The position numbers and the translations under genes are program-made. Under the pieces are notes generated by a model. That model was given only the letters and a program-made list of their open reading frames with translations. It was not told where the DNA came from and did no database searches. From positions 7,089 through 71,088 of the forward strand of contig NZ_JARGPK010000035.1 of assembly GCF_029212575.1 (NCBI RefSeq): a DNA stretch of 64,000 bases. Direction: 5' to 3'. This document shows, one piece after another, positions 60,909 through 64,000 of this stretch. This stretch comes from Antarcticimicrobium sp. Lineage in GTDB: Bacteria > Pseudomonadota > Alphaproteobacteria > Rhodobacterales > Rhodobacteraceae. Positions within the stretch are counted from its first letter, which is position 1; every line of letters starts with the position of its first letter.

Positions 60909-62144
60909 ATGGCAGCGAAGACAAAAACGAACATCATCCGCAAGGTGGAGATCACCGAGGACAGCGGCCATCACGGTGGCGCGTGGAAGGTTGCCTATGC
61001 GGACTTCATGACCGCGATGATGGCCTTTTTTCTGTTGCTCTGGATCCTGTCCTCGGCCGATGAGCAAAAGCTGCGCGGTATTGCCGAGTATTTCACCAAC
61101 GCAACCATGCCCAGCGGCAGCGGGCTGCTCGACGGCGCGACCTTCGGCCCGCCTGGAACGCTGAATGCCTCGCGGGGCGAGGTAGTCGCACGCGGCAACA
61201 ATTTCGGTGAAGTCGACGACCCGAGCCCGGCCAAATGGGAGGTGATGGATGTCACCCCGACGTCCGATCCGAAGGAAACGACGCCCGGAACCCACCAGGG
61301 TGAATTCGAGAACCCGGCCCCAGGGGGCTCGTCAAAGCTGGCATGGAATGACCAGGGCGGCGACTCCTTGGGCAGCGGTCCGCAGACGGCGGCTGGTCAG
61401 GATCCGGGAAAGACCCAGATCCAGAAGGCTGCCGACAAGGCTGCAGTCGAGGAGCGCGCGCTGCGCGCGGCCGACACCGCCGAGTTCGCAGCGCTCGAAA
61501 CCGAGCTGCGCCAGGCCATCCAGGACAGCCCCGACTTGCGGCCGCTGGAAAAGAACGTGATCTTTGAAAAGACCCCCGACGGCCTGCGGATCCAGGTGGT
61601 CGATCAGCAGGGCCAGCCGATGTTCAATTCCGGCAGCGCAGAGATGCGCGGCGCCACCCGAGAATTGATGGAAATGCTGGGAGAGTCACTGTCCGGAGCC
61701 CCCAATGACATGGTCATCTCGGGCCATACCGACGCGGTTCCCTTTTCCAACAAGGCCGCCTACGACAACTGGGACCTGTCGTCGGACCGGGCCAACGCAA
61801 TGCGCCGCGTGCTGCTGAATTCCGGCGTCGAGCATTCCCGCATCACCCGGGTGTCCGGCATGGCCGACACCGAGTTGCTGGTGCCGGACGATCCGCTGGC
61901 TCCGTCCAACCGACGGATCACCGTGCTTCTGGAGTACCGCAAACCGAAGTCGGCGGGTCGCCCCATCCCCGATCAGCGAACCGACACCGAGGCCAACGCG
62001 GCCGGAACGGCGCCGATGGAACCCTCCGACCCCGCAAACGCGCCGAGCGCCCGCAGGGTCGATGGTGTGGCGAAAGACCTGCCCGAGCGGATCACCCAGC
62101 TTGACGACGAGGTATTCGAGACCCTGCGCAGCGCCCTGCGCTGA
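60909..62144 (+). CDS. motB: Flagellar stator protein MotB (OmpA-like C-terminal domain)
   Basis: Start trimmed to MAAKTKTN. The TM/plug region is GGAWKVAYADFMTAMMAFFLLLWILS. The OmpA-type domain is ISGHTDAVPF...NWDLSSDRANAMRRVL. Confidence 0.9.
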   Translation: MAAKTKTNIIRKVEITEDSGHHGGAWKVAYADFMTAMMAFFLLLWILSSADEQKLRGIAEYFTNATMPSGSGLLDGATFGPPGTLNASRGEVVARGNNFGEVDDPSPAKWEVMDVTPTSDPKETTPGTHQGEFENPAPGGSSKLAWNDQGGDSLGSGPQTAAGQDPGKTQIQKAADKAAVEERALRAADTAEFAALETELRQAIQDSPDLRPLEKNVIFEKTPDGLRIQVVDQQGQPMFNSGSAEMRGATRELMEMLGESLSGAPNDMVISGHTDAVPFSNKAAYDNWDLSSDRANAMRRVLLNSGVEHSRITRVSGMADTELLVPDDPLAPSNRRITVLLEYRKPKSAGRPIPDQRTDTEANAAGTAPMEPSDPANAPSARRVDGVAKDLPERITQLDDEVFETLRSALR

Positions 62145-62167
62145 GCCATAGGCGATCCGGACAGAAA

Positions 62168-62188
62168 GCCCCGCCACTTGCGCGGGGC
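62168..62188. terminator. Bidirectional hairpin between convergent motB and the unknown gene
   Basis: GCCCCGC (62168-62174) / GCGGGGC (62182-62188) with a 7-nt loop. Confidence 0.5.
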
Positions 62189-62201
62189 GCTGTCACGCCG
62201 G

Positions 62202-63458
62202 TCAGCCGGCGCGCGCCGCCTGCCAGGCGCTTCGGAAACGCTCCCAGTCGATCGGCGCCTCTGCCCCCAGCGACCCGGGGTCGCCCATCCCGCCCAGTTG
62301 CAGCCCGATCTGAATCAGGACCAGCGCGGCGGCGATACCCGTCAAGGCCAGAAGACCCCGACGATACCTGCGCGCCCGCCGCGGCGGAATGACCGGAACA
62401 ACCTCTGGCGCGGTTTCCCCGGATCGCATTTCGACCGCCTCGGGCGCGGCCGGCTCCTCAACCGGCGTCCCCCCGGACAGAGCAGGGTCCAGCCGCAAAT
62501 ACAAAAACGCCCCGGTTCCGGTCATTTCAGCCAGACCTGCGCCATTCGCGAGCGCCGCCCGCAGGCTGGGCGGCATGCCCCTGGAGCGGACCCAGATTCG
62601 CCCCGGCAGCGGTGAGCCCATGTCCCAGGGCGGTTCCAGACGGATCGCGACAACACTACGGTCGTCGCGCAAGAAGATCATGTCGGGGTCGCTGATGCGA
62701 ATATCGGCCCCGCCCACATCAACGCGGGAAATCAGGACCCACCCGTTTTCCTCCGGCCGGACGTCGCACAGCTCGGGCGGTATCTCGGTCAGGGACAATT
62801 CGCGCGCCGAACGAAACCCTGGCCCCGGCTGGGCGGGCGTTGTCCTTTGCATGAAACCCGGCAAGAGCGCCTTTCGTACCCGTCCCCCTTTGGGCGGCTG
62901 CGCCGCGACGGCGACCGGCGCCGCCGATTTCCCGCGCCGCGAGATGAACGCAGCCGGGTCGGGCGCCGCCTTGGCACGGTCAGGGCGCATCGGCGCCCGC
63001 CCCCCCTCGACGCCCCCGCCCCCTTCGATGCCCCCGCCCCCTTCGACGCCGAGGAAAACCGCAGGGTCCATCCCCTCTTCCAGGGCGAACGCGTAGTTGA
63101 CCGCATAATCTGACGCCTCTTCGACGATCTCCGGCGCCTCGGCCACCAGCGCCACCAGGCGACGTTCGTCGGAATAAAGCAGCGTCCGGGACGGGTATCC
63201 GGGAACTGCCGGGAAGAAGCACAGCTCGTCCCCGGGCAAATGCAGATGCGACTGCAGGCGGCGCGGGAAAACCCCGGCCTCGTCCTGGTGAAACACAACC
63301 AACTGGCAGTCGCCGCTCTCCATCAGGCAAACGGCGAGGCACATCTTTGCCGGCCATTCGTGGACGGTCTGGCGCACCTCGACCGGCCCCATAAGGACAG
63401 CCATCACTCTTTCCTTGCCAGACATGCGATGCATCCTTTCCGGAGTCGCGCGTTTCAT
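62202..63458 (-). CDS. Hypothetical C-terminally membrane-anchored protein between motB and motA
   Basis: About 418 aa with Gly-rich repeat GVEGGGGIEGGGGVEGG. A single C-terminal TM (LLALTGIAAALVLIQIGLQLGG) follows a basic stretch. The start is ambiguous (63476 GTG, 63458 ATG, or later ATGs). Confidence 0.6.
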   Translation of the reverse strand: MKRATPERMHRMSGKERVMAVLMGPVEVRQTVHEWPAKMCLAVCLMESGDCQLVVFHQDEAGVFPRRLQSHLHLPGDELCFFPAVPGYPSRTLLYSDERRLVALVAEAPEIVEEASDYAVNYAFALEEGMDPAVFLGVEGGGGIEGGGGVEGGRAPMRPDRAKAAPDPAAFISRRGKSAAPVAVAAQPPKGGRVRKALLPGFMQRTTPAQPGPGFRSARELSLTEIPPELCDVRPEENGWVLISRVDVGGADIRISDPDMIFLRDDRSVVAIRLEPPWDMGSPLPGRIWVRSRGMPPSLRAALANGAGLAEMTGTGAFLYLRLDPALSGGTPVEEPAAPEAVEMRSGETAPEVVPVIPPRRARRYRRGLLALTGIAAALVLIQIGLQLGGMGDPGSLGAEAPIDWERFRSAWQAARAG

Positions 63459-63634
63459 GGATAAAATCTGTACCACTTGCTTTTATTTTGTCAATAATTC
63501 ATGGTCTTTGACCGTTCTTTTCAGGGCACACAAAAACTTTTCGTTTTATTCTTGCCGGAACCGCGTATAAACTCTGAGTTCAGAGGGAACCGGCCGTCAG
63601 CGAACTGTGACGGCCCAGTGGACTGTATCGCGTC

Positions 63635-64000
63635 ATGACCATCGTAATTGGTTTTGTCATCGTTATCGTGCTGGTTTTCGGCGGCTACATGCTGTCGGGC
63701 GGGGAGATGGGGGTCATCCTGCACGCCATGCCCTTTGAAGGCATGATGATCGGTGGCGCCGCCCTTGGCTCTTTCATCGCCGCAAATTCCTTCGGCCAGA
63801 TCCTCGACACAGCCAAATCCGTGCTGAAGGCGTTCAAGGGTCCGAAATGGAAGCAGCAGGACTACATCGACCTTCTCAATCTGATGTACACGCTGACCCG
63901 GATGTACCAGAAGGACGGTATCCTCGCGCTTGACCCGCACATCGAGAATCCGCAGGACAGCCTGATCTTCTCGCAGTTCCCCAAACTGCAGAAGGATCAC
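63635..64000 (+). CDS. motA: Flagellar stator protein MotA (5' part; runs off the window)
   Basis: Not in the ORF track because no stop is reached. My translation from the ATG at 63635 is MTIVIGFVIVIVLVFGGYMLSGGEMGVILHAMPFEGMMIGGAALGSFIAAN...KDGILALDPHIENP, typical of the MotA N-terminus. Confidence 0.85.
   Translation, partial: MTIVIGFVIVIVLVFGGYMLSGGEMGVILHAMPFEGMMIGGAALGSFIAANSFGQILDTAKSVLKAFKGPKWKQQDYIDLLNLMYTLTRMYQKDGILALDPHIENPQDSLIFSQFPKLQKDH

Noticed and set aside
63521-64000. 159-aa minus-strand ORF at the right edge of the window
   Set aside because: The plus strand from the ATG at 63635 translates to a clear MotA N-terminus. The minus-strand ORF is its shadow.

Overview
High-GC alphaproteobacterial chromosomal segment; the gene content and order look like a Rhodobacterales or roseobacter-type genome. 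GC content was not computed. The left 24 kb (1-23.8 kb) carries transport and metabolism genes. These are a LysR regulator, a polyamine-type ABC importer, a TPP-dependent enzyme, and a P-type ATPase translationally coupled to a divergent MetK-like gene and facing two small accessory genes. They continue with a decayed Fe(III)-type ABC locus, a peptide/opine-type ABC operon with an embedded metallophosphoesterase and a HAD phosphatase, a second LysR regulator and a Tat-exported PhoX phosphatase. The right 40 kb (24-64 kb) is one large flagellar supercluster of the CtrA-controlled alphaproteobacterial type. It holds flaF-flbT, fliGPNHF, fliLM, flhBA, fliRQE, flgBC, fliI, flagellin, flgIJ, flgLKE, flgFGAH, flgD-fliK, motB and a 3'-truncated motA. 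Interspersed are regulators (two OmpR-type proteins with pseudo-receiver domains, a sigma-70-family sigma factor, a MucR/Ros zinc-finger protein) and several conserved unknowns. I found three perfect CtrA boxes (TTAA-N7-TTAA), a 108-bp in-frame tandem repeat in fliK, and a possible anti-Shine-Dalgarno structure in the flagellin leader. I also found a recurrent TTATTCTT(G) octamer in flagellar intergenic regions. I saw no rRNA, tRNA, CRISPR array, transposase, integrase, prophage or recognisable defence system. No clear-cut new system stands out. The best candidates for undescribed biology are the P-type ATPase/MetK-like/HMA-like module, the phosphoesterase-containing ABC operon, and the regulatory end of the flagellar cluster (sigma factor, pseudo-receiver regulators, unknown ORFs). 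All calls come from reading the sequence and ORF translations by eye, with no searches run. Family names therefore rest on recognised motifs, and start codons are best guesses.
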